Source of the DNA: an uncultured Acidobacteriota bacterium
Lineage (GTDB): Bacteria > Acidobacteriota > Thermoanaerobaculia > UBA5066 > DATFVB01
Reading direction: 5' to 3'
DNA: 64,000 bases
Assembly (NCBI GenBank): GCA_963813155.1
Contig: CAWEYG010000002.1
Location: 128,001-192,000, forward strand
Part shown: piece after piece, positions 39,913 through 49,728 of the stretch
Layout of the letters: every line of letters starts with the position of its first letter
How positions within the stretch are numbered: position 1 is the stretch's first letter
Notes under the pieces: model-generated
What the model was told of the DNA's origin: nothing
The model's input: only the letters and a program-made list of their open reading frames with translations
Database searches by the model: none
Made by a program: the position numbers and the translations under genes

Positions 39913-41738
39913 CACTCGACGGTGACGCTCTTGGCGAGGTTCCGCGGCTGATCCACGTCGCACCCCAGCAGGAGGGCGACGTGGTAAGCGAAGAGCTGAA
40001 GCGGCAGCACGGAGAGGATCGGCTGCAGCTCGAGAATCGTCTCGGGGATCTCGACGACGTGGTCGGCGAGCTCCTGGATCTCCGCGTCGATCTCCGTCGA
40101 AACGACGATCGAGCGGCCGTCCCGGGACTTCACCTCCCGCAGGTTCGAAAGAGTCTTCTCCCGCCATCCGTCCCGCGGCGCGAGCACGAGGACGGGCATG
40201 TTCTCGTCCACGAGGGCGATCGGGCCGTGCTTCATCTCGCCCGCCGGGTATCCCTCGGCGTGGATGTAGGAGATCTCCTTCAGCTTGAGAGCCCCTTCGA
40301 GCGCGATCGGATAATGGAGGCCGCGGCCGAGGTAGAGGAAGTTTCGGTAGTGCGACAGCTTCCGCGCGAGCTCCTGGATCTGGGGCTCCTGCTTGAGCGC
40401 CTTTTCCATGAGGCCCGGCAGCCGCGCGAGCGAAGCCGTCTCCTCGGGCGTGAGACCCTTCCCCAACCCGCGCGCCTGTCGCAGCCGAGCGGCGAGCAGA
40501 AAGAAGACGAGCAGCTGGGTCGTGAACGCCTTCGTGGAGGCGACGCCGATTTCCGGGCCGGCGTGCGTGAGCCAGACGGCCTTCGCCATTCGCGCGATCT
40601 GCGATCCTGGCGCGTTCACGATCGCGCCGACGTCGGCGCCGAGCCGGAGCGCCTCCTGGAGCGCGGCCACGGTGTCGGCCGTCTCGCCCGACTGCGACAC
40701 GCCGATCGCGATCGTGTTCGCCGTAGCGACGGGCGAGCGGTAACGGAATTCGCTTCCGTAGTCGACCTCGACCGGAATCCTCGCCATCCGCTCGATCAGG
40801 AATTTTCCCACCAGACTCGCGTGCCACGAGGTGCCGCAGGCGAGAAGAAGCACCCGGTCCGCCCGGCCGACGCGCTCGGGGGAGAGGAAATCGTCCTCGA
40901 ATTCCAGCTCGCCGGTCTCGAGGGAGACTTTTCCCCCCATGCTCTCGGCCACGGCGACGGGCTGCTCGTGGATCTCTTTCGCCATGAAATGGCGGTAGCC
41001 GCCCTTCTCGGCCGCGACGACGTCCCAGTCGACCGTCTTGACCGGACGGTCGACTTCGTTGCCGTCCCGATCGACGATCCGGATCGACCGCGAATCGACA
41101 CGGGCGACGTCGCCGTCCTCCAGAAAAATGACCTTTCTCGTCCAGGGAAGAATCGCCGTCGGGTCGGACGCCACGAAATTTTCGCCCTCGCCGATTCCGA
41201 GAACGATCGGCGGACCCGAACGGGCGGTCACGAGCACGTCGGGCTCGTCGAGGGACGCGACGACGACGGCGTAAGCCCCGGTGAGGAGCTTTCGCGCGTC
41301 CCGAACCGCGGCGAAGAGGTCACCGCGATAGTGCTCTTCGACTTCGTGGGCGAAGACCTCCGTGTCGGTGTCGGAAAGGAATTTCCGCCCGCGGCCCTGA
41401 AGGATTCGCTTTCGCTCGGCGAAGTTCTCGATGATGCCGTTGTGGATCACGGCGATCCTCCCGTTGCCCGAGAGGTGGGGATGGGCGTTGCGCTCGACCG
41501 GCTTACCGTGGGTGGCCCACCGCGTGTGTCCGATGCCGGAGCAGCCCGACGGCAGCGACCCGTTGAGCCGGGAGAACAGGGCCGAAAGTTTTCCCTCGGC
41601 GCGGGCGACGAAGAAAGAGCCCGCGTCGTTGACGGCGATCCCGGAGGAGTCGTAGCCGCGGTACTCCAGGCGGCGCAGGCCGTCGAGCAGGAACGGAGCG
41701 GCCTGCTTGGGCCCGACGTATCCGACGATTCCGCACAT
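39912..41738 (-). CDS. glmS: Glutamine-fructose-6-phosphate transaminase
   Basis: MCGIVG, LEYRGYDS, GHTRWATHG, SQSGET, PRNLAKSVTVE. Confidence 0.97.
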   Translation of the reverse strand: MCGIVGYVGPKQAAPFLLDGLRRLEYRGYDSSGIAVNDAGSFFVARAEGKLSALFSRLNGSLPSGCSGIGHTRWATHGKPVERNAHPHLSGNGRIAVIHNGIIENFAERKRILQGRGRKFLSDTDTEVFAHEVEEHYRGDLFAAVRDARKLLTGAYAVVVASLDEPDVLVTARSGPPIVLGIGEGENFVASDPTAILPWTRKVIFLEDGDVARVDSRSIRIVDRDGNEVDRPVKTVDWDVVAAEKGGYRHFMAKEIHEQPVAVAESMGGKVSLETGELEFEDDFLSPERVGRADRVLLLACGTSWHASLVGKFLIERMARIPVEVDYGSEFRYRSPVATANTIAIGVSQSGETADTVAALQEALRLGADVGAIVNAPGSQIARMAKAVWLTHAGPEIGVASTKAFTTQLLVFFLLAARLRQARGLGKGLTPEETASLARLPGLMEKALKQEPQIQELARKLSHYRNFLYLGRGLHYPIALEGALKLKEISYIHAEGYPAGEMKHGPIALVDENMPVLVLAPRDGWREKTLSNLREVKSRDGRSIVVSTEIDAEIQELADHVVEIPETILELQPILSVLPLQLFAYHVALLLGCDVDQPRNLAKSVTVE

Positions 41739-41780
41739 GTTGTCGCTACCGAGGCAAGAACGGTGCCGGACCGGGACGGC

Positions 41781-43115
41781 TCACGAACGCCGCTTCTTCC
41801 GCCGCTCGGCCCAGCCCTCGATGTTGCGCTGGGAACCGCGGGAGAGGGCGAGGGCTCCCGGCGGGACGTCTTTCGTGATCGTGGAACCCGCTCCCACGTA
41901 AGCGCCTTCGCCCACTTCGACCGGCGCGACGAGCTGCGAATCGCTGCCGATGAATGCCCGCTTTCCGATGACGGTCCTGTGCTTGTGCTCGCCGTCGTAG
42001 TTGCAGGTGATCGTTCCCGCCCCGATGTTCGCGTCTTCTCCGACCTCGGTGTCGCCGAGATAACTCAGGTGCGCGGCTTTCGCACCACGCCGAAGGTGCG
42101 CTTTCTTCGTCTCGACGAAATTCCCGACCCGGACGTCCTCCTCGAGCACGGTTCCCGGCCGAAGCCGCGCGAACGGGCCCACTGTCGTCCGGCGGCCCAC
42201 CGAGGCATCGTTGAGATCGCAGAACGACTTGATCTCGCACCCTTCGGCGAGCCGGGTCCGCCCTTCGAGCACGACGAACGGATGGATCACGACGTCCCGC
42301 GCGGCGGACACGTACGGCCCGACGAGGGTCGTCTCCGGATCGAGCAGCGTCGCGCCCTGGTCGATGAGCCGCTCCGCGCCGCGCCGGCGTTCGACCGCGT
42401 CCGCGAAAGCGAGCTCCCGGCGGGAATTGACCCCCATCGCTTCGCGCGGATCGCCGAGCTCGAGGACTTCGACCCTCTCGCCGGCGCGCGCCATCGCCGT
42501 GACGGCGTCGGTCAGGTAGAACTCGTGCGCCGCGTTGTCGTCGCGGACCTGCTCGAGGCCCCGCTCCAGCGCGCCGCGGCGAAAACAATAGATTCCCGCA
42601 TTGATCTCGCGGATCTTCTTCTGCGCCGGCCCCGCGTCGCGGACCTCGACGATCCGCGCGAATCGCCCGTTTTTCCTCACGATCCGGCCGAGGGAACCGG
42701 GATCGGCCGGGCGCGCCGAAAACAGGACGGCGGCGGCGCGCGCGCGCCGGAATTCTTCGACGAGCCTCCGCAACGACTCGGCGGTGATCAGCGGCGTGTC
42801 GCCCGAAAGCACGAGGACCGGATCGTCCGCGGGGCCGAACGCCGAGAGCGCCCGCGCCGCGGCGTCTCCCGTGCCGCGAGGGGGATCCTGCACGACGACC
42901 TGGATGCCTGTCCGGGCGTGAAGCCTCTCGGCGACGCGATCGAGCCCCGGGCTCGCGACGACGACGATCTTCGCCGGGGAAAGCTTCTCCGCCTCGTCGA
43001 GAACCGCGTCGAGCATCGCGCGCCCCGCGACTCGATGCAGCACCTTCGGCAGGTCGGAATTCATGCGCGTCCCGGCGCCCGCCGCCATGATCACCACGGA
43101 GAGAACCGGGGGCAC
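41781..43115 (-). CDS. glmU: Bifunctional UDP-GlcNAc pyrophosphorylase/acetyltransferase (start may extend to 43172)
   Basis: MAAGAGTRMNSDLPKVLH, EFYLTD, GPFARLRPG, HLSYLGD, TCNYDG. Confidence 0.95.
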   Translation of the reverse strand: MPPVLSVVIMAAGAGTRMNSDLPKVLHRVAGRAMLDAVLDEAEKLSPAKIVVVASPGLDRVAERLHARTGIQVVVQDPPRGTGDAAARALSAFGPADDPVLVLSGDTPLITAESLRRLVEEFRRARAAAVLFSARPADPGSLGRIVRKNGRFARIVEVRDAGPAQKKIREINAGIYCFRRGALERGLEQVRDDNAAHEFYLTDAVTAMARAGERVEVLELGDPREAMGVNSRRELAFADAVERRRGAERLIDQGATLLDPETTLVGPYVSAARDVVIHPFVVLEGRTRLAEGCEIKSFCDLNDASVGRRTTVGPFARLRPGTVLEEDVRVGNFVETKKAHLRRGAKAAHLSYLGDTEVGEDANIGAGTITCNYDGEHKHRTVIGKRAFIGSDSQLVAPVEVGEGAYVGAGSTITKDVPPGALALSRGSQRNIEGWAERRKKRRS

Positions 43116-43168
43116 CGCGGGGGACGCCGCCGGAACGCGGGGACGCGATTTCTTTTTCGTGGGACTCT

Positions 43169-43846
43169 TCAGGCCGTCGCCGCCGTGAGGTTCAGAAACT
43201 CCGGCGTCTCGCGGAGCGGCTCGAAATCGAGGTCGCGGCGCGCGAGAGTCCGATTGCTCTCGTCTTCCGCGATCGCCCGCTCGAGAGCCTCGATCGCCCG
43301 TTCCGGGTCGTTCAGCTGGGCGAAACAACACGCGAGGAGGTAGGACACGCGCCCGTCGTCCGATTTCCGAGACTTCTTGAGTTGCTCGATCGCGCCCAGG
43401 AAATTCTTGCGGTTCTTCTCGAGCAGCGCGCCATAATAGGGATCCTCGCCATCGGAGCCCGCCACCGGCTTTCCGTTCTTTTTCCGCCGCTCGCAAACCG
43501 CCAGGTAGAGCCGGGAGCGGTCCGCCAGCTCTTTTTCGTCGGCGAATTCGTCGAGGACCGCCCGAAAATGCTTCTCGGCCTCTTCGAATTTCTTCTTCTG
43601 CAGCGCGGCCGCGCCCCTCTCGTACTCCTTGCGGGCCGCTTCCGAGTGCTTGGACATCTCGCGAAACGAAGCGGGGGCCTTGATCGAGCTTCCGGACCCG
43701 TTGTCGGAGATCAGGCCGAGCTTTTCGATTTTCGCCTCGATCTCGCCGAGTGTCGCGCCGAGCCGGTCGGCGAGCGACTGAACGTCCATCTTGCCGGCAT
43801 TGTCGCGAAGAAACCGGAGATCCGATTCGGCCCAGCGTTTCGTCAT
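43169..43846 (-). CDS. TPR protein with N-terminal HTH-like domain
   Basis: W...DLRFLRDN...LADRLG.T..EI..KI..LGL N-terminus; TPR helices ending ARRDLDFEPLR..PEF. Confidence 0.7.
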   Translation of the reverse strand: MTKRWAESDLRFLRDNAGKMDVQSLADRLGATLGEIEAKIEKLGLISDNGSGSSIKAPASFREMSKHSEAARKEYERGAAALQKKKFEEAEKHFRAVLDEFADEKELADRSRLYLAVCERRKKNGKPVAGSDGEDPYYGALLEKNRKNFLGAIEQLKKSRKSDDGRVSYLLACCFAQLNDPERAIEALERAIAEDESNRTLARRDLDFEPLRETPEFLNLTAATA

Positions 43847-43978
43847 CTTTGTTTCGCCTCCGAGCGTTTCAAATAAAAACGAGGAATACTACGAGCGGGG
43901 CGAGCGGGCTGTCAAGTCGGCCGCGGCGGGAATAGCCCCGGCCTCGCGAGTGTTTTTCGATGGGAGAGAATGGTGCGC

Positions 43979-44257
43979 ATGAAACCCGTTGCTGCGGCTG
44001 CCCTGGCGTTCCTCCTGGCCGCCGGAATCGCGCCCGCGGCCGAAAAGGCCCAGAACAGCGCCGGCGTGGTGAAGGAGTATTCCGCCGCGGAACGGACGTT
44101 CTCCGTCGAAGACGAGAGCGGCCGGACGATCCGGTTCGTCTGGGCGAAAGCCACGAAATTCAACGGCGTCGTCTCCACGGGAGCTCGGGTGACCGTGCGG
44201 TACACCGAGCAGGGAGACGGCCGAAACCTCGCCCAGACCGTCGGCGTTCTCAAATAA
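43979..44257 (+). CDS. Small secreted hypothetical protein (OB-fold-like)
   Basis: Signal peptide; G.V..Y...F...G..VTVRY pattern. Confidence 0.6.
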   Translation: MKPVAAAALAFLLAAGIAPAAEKAQNSAGVVKEYSAAERTFSVEDESGRTIRFVWAKATKFNGVVSTGARVTVRYTEQGDGRNLAQTVGVLK

Positions 44258-44260
44258 CGG

Positions 44261-44701
44261 TCAAACGAGCTTGCGCGCGATCCAGAGCGGACCGATCAAC
44301 AGGTGCGCCAGATTGCGGAGAAACGCGGGGCGATTCTTTTCGTAGACGGCGTGCCCCACGAGCTGGAAGGCCCATCCGCCGAGGAAGAGGCCGGCCGCGA
44401 GACCGATTGCAAAGGCCGGCGAGGTCCACGCGGGAATCGCCCGGGACACGAGATCGGACGCTGCCAGGTACACGAAGAACGCCGCGGCGGCGCCCGCGTC
44501 GATCGCGACGGCGGCGAGAGTCGCCAGGACGATCACCGGTTCCGCGGCAGACCACGGCCCCGACACGATCGGTACCCGGGTCAGGGCGAGCACGAGCGAG
44601 AACACGATGAGGGGAATTCCGACGGCATGGCACGCACGATTTCCGGCCGTGGAATGCGCCGCCGCATAGTCCGAAAACAGCCGCGTCGCGCGCGCGTTCA
44701 C
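44261..44701 (-). CDS. Mpo1/DUF962-family membrane protein
   Basis: Y...H...N..CH.VGIP, W.FQLVGH..YEKNRPA, LLIGPLW. Confidence 0.85.
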   Translation of the reverse strand: MNARATRLFSDYAAAHSTAGNRACHAVGIPLIVFSLVLALTRVPIVSGPWSAAEPVIVLATLAAVAIDAGAAAAFFVYLAASDLVSRAIPAWTSPAFAIGLAAGLFLGGWAFQLVGHAVYEKNRPAFLRNLAHLLIGPLWIARKLV

Positions 44702-44799
44702 GCCAAAATTCTACTCCGAAAATTCCGTCCGCGCCGGGCGCCGGAAAGGGTTGTTATTTCCCAGGCCCGGCACTAGAATCCGCCGCGAAGGAGAAACCG

Positions 44800-45069
44800 A
44801 TGGGAATGTACATCATCGCGGAGCCGTGCATCGGGACGAAGGACACCGCGTGTGTCGATGTCTGCCCGGTGGATTGCATCCATCCGAGGAAGGACGAGGG
44901 CGGATTCGAGGCCGCGGAGATGCTTTACATCGATCCCGACACCTGCATTCAATGCGGCAACTGCGAGCCCGCCTGCCCGGTCACGGCGATCTTCACGGAG
45001 GAGACCATCCCCGAGAAGTGGAAGCACTTCCAGCAGATCAACGCCGACTGGTACAAGAACCCGAAGTAG
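44800..45069 (+). CDS. 7Fe-type dicluster ferredoxin
   Basis: C..TKDTACVDVCPVDC and CIQCGNCEPACP; SD AAGGAG. Confidence 0.92.
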   Translation: MGMYIIAEPCIGTKDTACVDVCPVDCIHPRKDEGGFEAAEMLYIDPDTCIQCGNCEPACPVTAIFTEETIPEKWKHFQQINADWYKNPK

Positions 45070-45101
45070 AGCCCCGAGCTCCGTCCCTTCAGCCCCGTCG
45101 T

Positions 45102-45174
45102 TGTCATTGCGAGGAGCATCGCGACGAAGCAATCTGACCCCGGAGTAGATTGCTTTGCTCCACGCGCAATGACA
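45102..45174. repeat. Extragenic palindromic element (GTCATTGCGAG...GAAGCAATC type); possible bidirectional terminator
   Basis: TGTCATTGCG/CGCAATGACA and AAGCAATCT/AGATTGCTT stems between convergent genes. Confidence 0.75.
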
Positions 45175-45188
45175 TCGCCCGTCTCAGT

Positions 45189-45953
45189 TCACCTGGTCCC
45201 CTTCAAATTCTTCTCGAGAAAAGCGTTCGCGCGCGCGTCGGCGTCGCGCGCCTGGGTCGGCCGGTAGACCTTGGGATCCGGCGACGACGCGAAGCCGTGC
45301 CCGGCGCCCGCGTAAATCTTGAAGTCGACCGATTTTCCCGCCGCCCGGGCGGCCTTCTCGAACTCTTCGACACTCGCGGGAGGAATGCCCTGGTCCTCGG
45401 CCCCAAAGTTTCCGAGCAGCGGAGCGTGGATACTCGCGATCGTCGCCGGGTCGGTCACGAGCCGCCCGTAGTTGAGGACGCACGCGGCGAGCTTCGGCTC
45501 TTCGATCGCGAGAGCGAGGGAGTAGCCGCCCCCCATGCACCAGCCGATCGACCCGATCCGCGAAGCGTCCACATCGTCGCGCGAAGCGAGATAGTCGAAC
45601 GCCGCTTTGAGGTCGCGCATCGCCCGATCCTCGGGAAGCCCCCTCATCAGCTGGTGCGCCACGTCGGCGCTCGCTCCGGCCGACTTGCCGCGGTAGAGGT
45701 CCAGCGCGAGCGCGACGTACCCGTCGCGCGAGAAGCGGTCCGTTTTGGCACGCACCCAGTCGTTCAGGCCCCACCATTCGTGGACGACGACGAGTGCGGG
45801 ATGTTTCCCCGCTCCGGACGGAAGAGAGAGATATCCCGACACGGTCTCATCGCCGCTCTTGTAGGACACCATCTTGCCCGTCATGGCCCGTGAGGACGCG
45901 GCGAGCATCGAAACGGCAAATCCCAGACAAATTGCTTTTCTCAACAAGATCAC
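45189..45953 (-). CDS. Dienelactone hydrolase family protein with signal peptide
   Basis: HEWWGLN, GWCMGG, AGHGF. Confidence 0.9.
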   Translation of the reverse strand: MILLRKAICLGFAVSMLAASSRAMTGKMVSYKSGDETVSGYLSLPSGAGKHPALVVVHEWWGLNDWVRAKTDRFSRDGYVALALDLYRGKSAGASADVAHQLMRGLPEDRAMRDLKAAFDYLASRDDVDASRIGSIGWCMGGGYSLALAIEEPKLAACVLNYGRLVTDPATIASIHAPLLGNFGAEDQGIPPASVEEFEKAARAAGKSVDFKIYAGAGHGFASSPDPKVYRPTQARDADARANAFLEKNLKGTR

Positions 45954-46036
45954 CTCCCGGCGAGAATTCTTTCCCGCCCGTTCTCAATTCTAACTCTCGC
46001 GAGCGCGTCTATCCTGACGTAAAATGCTCTCGCTTC

Positions 46037-46540
46037 ATGCTCGAACAACAGCCTCTCTTCCCGGTGGTTCCCGACGAACGCCGAGAGCTGCAGTCGTTCT
46101 ACGACGCCCTCGCCGAGCGGTTCGGTCTCGCTCCGGCGCGGGTCGTCATCTCCCGGCGAAAGCTCACGGGCGGACACATCATTTACGGCCCCCCTCACCG
46201 CATCGTGATCTCGGCGCACCTCACGCAGCGCGACCGAATCGAGACTCTCAAGCACGAGGCCGCGCACGCCTATTGCTTCCGCACCGACGGGCCCGACGAG
46301 GCCCACTCTCAGAAATTCTGGAAGGTCGCGCGATCGTTCGGCGCCAAGCGCCGGCACGCGCCCGAGACGCAAGCCCTCACGGAATTCCGCGCCCAGCGCG
46401 AGATCGTCTACCGGTGCGAAAGCTGCCGCAACGACTTTCCGCGGATGCGCCCCTACCGGAGAGCCATGCTCTGCGCGTCGTGCCACCGGAAGGGCCGCCC
46501 CGCGCGACTTCGCCGGGAACGCGTCTCGAAGAAGTCGTGA
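46037..46540 (+). CDS. SprT-like metalloprotease with Zn ribbon
   Basis: TLKHEAAH, H...F, YRCESC...CASC. Confidence 0.8.
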   Translation: MLEQQPLFPVVPDERRELQSFYDALAERFGLAPARVVISRRKLTGGHIIYGPPHRIVISAHLTQRDRIETLKHEAAHAYCFRTDGPDEAHSQKFWKVARSFGAKRRHAPETQALTEFRAQREIVYRCESCRNDFPRMRPYRRAMLCASCHRKGRPARLRRERVSKKS

Positions 46541-47430
46541 CTGCCGGCCGCCCGGACGCGGCGGCGCTCGCGGAACGGGCGGGGCGCCGGGAGGGCGCCC
46601 TCCTCGTCGCGGCTGCCGCCCTTCTCTGGTCCACGGGCGGCCTCGCGATCAAATGGATCCCGCTGGCACCCCTGAACATCGTGTTCCACCGGGCATGGAT
46701 CGCGAGCCTGACCCTGCTCCTGCTGCTTCGCCCCCGGAAAATCCGCCCCACGCCCGCATTCTTCGTGGCTTGCGGAACCTACGCCGGAATGATCATCACG
46801 TTCGTCGTCGCGACGAAATGGACCACGGCGGCGAACGCGATCTTTCTGCAGGACTCCGGAATCGTGTGGGTGCTCATTTTCTCGCCCCTCGTCGCCGGGG
46901 AAGCCATCGACCGGCGCGACGTCGCGGCCGTCGTCGCCTGTCTCGGGGGAATGGTCCTGTTCTTCGTCGGAAAGATCTCGACGCACGGAGAAGCCGGCAA
47001 CGCCATGAGCCTTCTCTCCGGCGCGTTCTACGCGGCGACGGTGCTGCTCCTGCGCCGCCTGAAGGGGCCCGCGTCGGAGTGGACGGCAATCGTCGGGAAC
47101 CTCGCGGCCGCCCTCGCGTCCCTCGCGTTCGCGGCGCGGCCCTTCGACGTTCCGCCAAAAGCGATCGCGCCGCTGGTTTTTCTCGGCGTCGTCCAGATCG
47201 GCGTGGCGTATTCCCTTTTCATCCGCGGACTCGGAAGAATCCGCGCGGCCGAGGCGTCGATCATCTCGCTGCTCGAACCGATCTTCAACCCGATCTGGGT
47301 ATTCCTCGGCGTCGGCGAGCGCCCGTCGATTTTCGCGATTTGCGGCGCGGCGGTGGTTCTGTCGGCGATCGCCTGGCGAACGCTTGCGACGGGCTCCGCG
47401 CCGGCCGACGCCGTCCCCAGCCCGGACTGA
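46537..47430 (+). CDS. DMT/EamA transporter
   Basis: LWSTGG, TTAANAIFLQ, SLLEPIFNPIWV; about 10 TM helices. Confidence 0.88.
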   Translation: MTAGRPDAAALAERAGRREGALLVAAAALLWSTGGLAIKWIPLAPLNIVFHRAWIASLTLLLLLRPRKIRPTPAFFVACGTYAGMIITFVVATKWTTAANAIFLQDSGIVWVLIFSPLVAGEAIDRRDVAAVVACLGGMVLFFVGKISTHGEAGNAMSLLSGAFYAATVLLLRRLKGPASEWTAIVGNLAAALASLAFAARPFDVPPKAIAPLVFLGVVQIGVAYSLFIRGLGRIRAAEASIISLLEPIFNPIWVFLGVGERPSIFAICGAAVVLSAIAWRTLATGSAPADAVPSPD

Positions 47431-47446
47431 ACCGCCGGCGGCCGGG

Positions 47447-48388
47447 CTAGTTCTTCGCGACGTTGAGGAAACGGCGCAGGGGATCCTTCACGTAAGACGG
47501 GAGCTTCTGCGCAATCATCCAAACGCGGTCCGTCACGGGAGGCGCCGCGGCGGGGTTCTTGAAGCACTCGGCGCACCGGGGAAGTTTCGTAAAGTCGTGC
47601 CTCCGGAAGGCGTCTTCGATGACGTCGAGCATCGGCGAAGACGCGATCTCGCGGATCGTCTGCGTCTTCACGTTTCCGAGCGGCTGGGTCGCGTCGTAGT
47701 CGTAACAGCAATGGCTGACGTTTCCGTTCGCGAGGATCACGAACCACTGGTACGGCGTGCCCTGGAAGCAGCCGTAGTAGGCCTGGTGGAGTTCCGTGAC
47801 TTCCGACGTGTCGAGACCTTCGCAGGTCTTCTGCGTCACGCGCGCCTGGGGATATTTATGAAGCTCGAAGAATTCTTCGATGTCGCGCGTGCGCTCGCGC
47901 TGGGTGAGCGGCATGATCATCCGCTGAATGTCCACCTGGATTTTCTTTCCGCGCGAGAGCTCGAGAAAGCGCCGGACGTTCTCGACGACGACCTCCAGCT
48001 TCGCGCCCCGGGATTTCGCGTAAACCTCGGGAATCAGGGTGTCGATCGACAGGATGATCCGCGACAGCGACGTCGAGAGGATCTCTCTCCCCTTCTCCTC
48101 CGTCAGCAGCGTCGCGTTCGTCGAGACGCAGACGCCGGGAAACAGATCGATCGCCTCCGGAAGCTTCTTGTACAGGAGCGGCTCGCCGAGCTCGTGGAGA
48201 TAGCGCATCTTCAGCCCGAGCTCTTTCATCTCCGCGGCGATCTTCTCGACCATCCACCAGGGCGCATCCTCGTAGGGACGGTCGATCTCGTCCATCGGGC
48301 ACATGCCGCAGCGCAGGTTGCAACGGCTCGTCAGTTCGAGGTTGTATTTCAACGTCTTGAGCCGAAGCCCGTTACGCCCCCGGCTCAT
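47447..48388 (-). CDS. Radical SAM protein with SPASM/Twitch domain
   Basis: CNLRCGMC, GEPLL, C...G.V..CCYD...CAEC. Confidence 0.88.
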   Translation of the reverse strand: MSRGRNGLRLKTLKYNLELTSRCNLRCGMCPMDEIDRPYEDAPWWMVEKIAAEMKELGLKMRYLHELGEPLLYKKLPEAIDLFPGVCVSTNATLLTEEKGREILSTSLSRIILSIDTLIPEVYAKSRGAKLEVVVENVRRFLELSRGKKIQVDIQRMIMPLTQRERTRDIEEFFELHKYPQARVTQKTCEGLDTSEVTELHQAYYGCFQGTPYQWFVILANGNVSHCCYDYDATQPLGNVKTQTIREIASSPMLDVIEDAFRRHDFTKLPRCAECFKNPAAAPPVTDRVWMIAQKLPSYVKDPLRRFLNVAKN

Positions 48389-48463
48389 CGGAAATCGCCT
48401 CCGCTACGCATTCCGGGATGATAGTGCACTTGCTTCTATAATGCAGGGCGAGCAAGCCGCGAC

Positions 48464-49168
48464 ATGAACACCGTCGTTTTCGACATCGAGACCGTGGGAG
48501 TCGACTGGACCTCGCTCGACGAGGCGCAGCGGGCGTACCTGCTGAAGAACGCGAAAACCGAAGAAGAACAGCGGCTCGTGCCCGAGTGGCTCTCGCTGTG
48601 GCCGATGACCGGAAAAATCGTCGTCCTCGCAATGCAGAACGTGGAGACCGGCAAGGGCCGCGTCTGGTTCGAGAAGACCGACGGACGCTCGGAAGAGAAA
48701 TCCGAAGACGGCCTCTTCGACTTCGTCGGGGACAGCGAGCCGGCGTTCCTGGAAGAGTTCTGGAAAGCGGTCTCGAAATTCGACCGCTTCGTCACGTTCA
48801 ATGGCCGCGGCTTCGACTGCCCGTGGATGATGCTTCGAAGCGCCGTGCTCGGCATCCGGCCGTCGCGCAACCTCATGGGCTACCGGTACTCCCTGCGGCC
48901 GCACGTCGACCTGCTGGAGGTCCTGACGCTGTTCGGGTCGGGGGGAACCGCCGCGAGGAAATTCAACCTCGACTTCTTCTGCAAGACGTTCGGGATCGCG
49001 AGCCCGAAGGAAGAAGGGATGGACGGCTACTCAGTCGGCCCGTACTACCGGGAAGGTCGACTGCCGGAGATCGCCCGCTACTGCCGCCGTGACGTGGAGG
49101 CGACGGGCGCGCTCTTCAAGCGACTCGAAACGACCTTGATTCCCGTTCTCGACAACTCGAGAAGCTGA
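48464..49168 (+). CDS. PolB-related 3'-5' exonuclease (RNase H-like, DEDDy)
   Basis: FDIET, VTFNGRGFD, HVDL, YC..DV. Confidence 0.85.
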   Translation: MNTVVFDIETVGVDWTSLDEAQRAYLLKNAKTEEEQRLVPEWLSLWPMTGKIVVLAMQNVETGKGRVWFEKTDGRSEEKSEDGLFDFVGDSEPAFLEEFWKAVSKFDRFVTFNGRGFDCPWMMLRSAVLGIRPSRNLMGYRYSLRPHVDLLEVLTLFGSGGTAARKFNLDFFCKTFGIASPKEEGMDGYSVGPYYREGRLPEIARYCRRDVEATGALFKRLETTLIPVLDNSRS

Positions 49169-49180
49169 GCCGGCGAGCCC

Positions 49181-49655
49181 CTAGTCCGACTTCGCCTTGA
49201 CGAGCGTGATCTTGTCGAACGCGAAGATGACCGACGCGACCGGCGCAGTTGCCGCTGCCCGAAGAGAGCTGGGTAATCGCGACGGGCGAGACGCCGTCGA
49301 GCTTCCAGTCGATCAGTACGGTTCCTTCGTTGTCGAGACTGAGGATCTCGATGGATTTCGGCGAGATCGAGCCGCCGGCCCCAGCCTCGTTCAGCCAGTC
49401 CGACAGGCCCGCGAGGCCCTTCGGCGTGAGGGTCAGCGTCAGGCGGGGAGTCGGGGCGGGCGCGGTGATCTGGCGCGGCGAATAGGCGATGTCCAGCGCC
49501 CGCTCGAAATCGATCGCAAACCCGGCGGCTCCCGGAGTGTCGGCCCCGTCCACCCGCAGCGCGAAATTCTTCGGGTTCGGGTTCGTCGTCTGCGCCGCTG
49601 CCGCTGCGGCGAAGAGCGCGAGGGCGATCGCGAACGGTCCGATTCGGGTCTTCAA
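49181..49655 (-). CDS. Secreted protein with phage tail-tube-like sequence pattern (frameshift near 49248)
   Basis: TTG start after SD AAGGAG; signal peptide; NFALRVDG...LTL...LSDW...KSIEILSLDNEG..LIDWKL..V.P; corrected end VIFAFDKITLVKAKSD*. Confidence 0.6.
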
Positions 49656-49728
49656 CGGAGCCTCCTTGGTTACGACGACCCGATCGTAACACCGGAGCGG
49701 CTCCGGGGGATCGGGTAGAATCGCGCGC

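Noticed and set aside
41739-41780. glmS ribozyme
   Set aside because: Only 42 nt separate glmU and glmS, and no ribozyme core is visible.
47447-48388. RiPP cluster around the radical SAM/SPASM gene
   Set aside because: No precursor peptide, PqqD/RRE domain or linked transporter is evident.
48464-49655. Prophage or contractile injection system around the tube-like gene
   Set aside because: No sheath, baseplate, terminase or integrase genes; the flanks are housekeeping-type.
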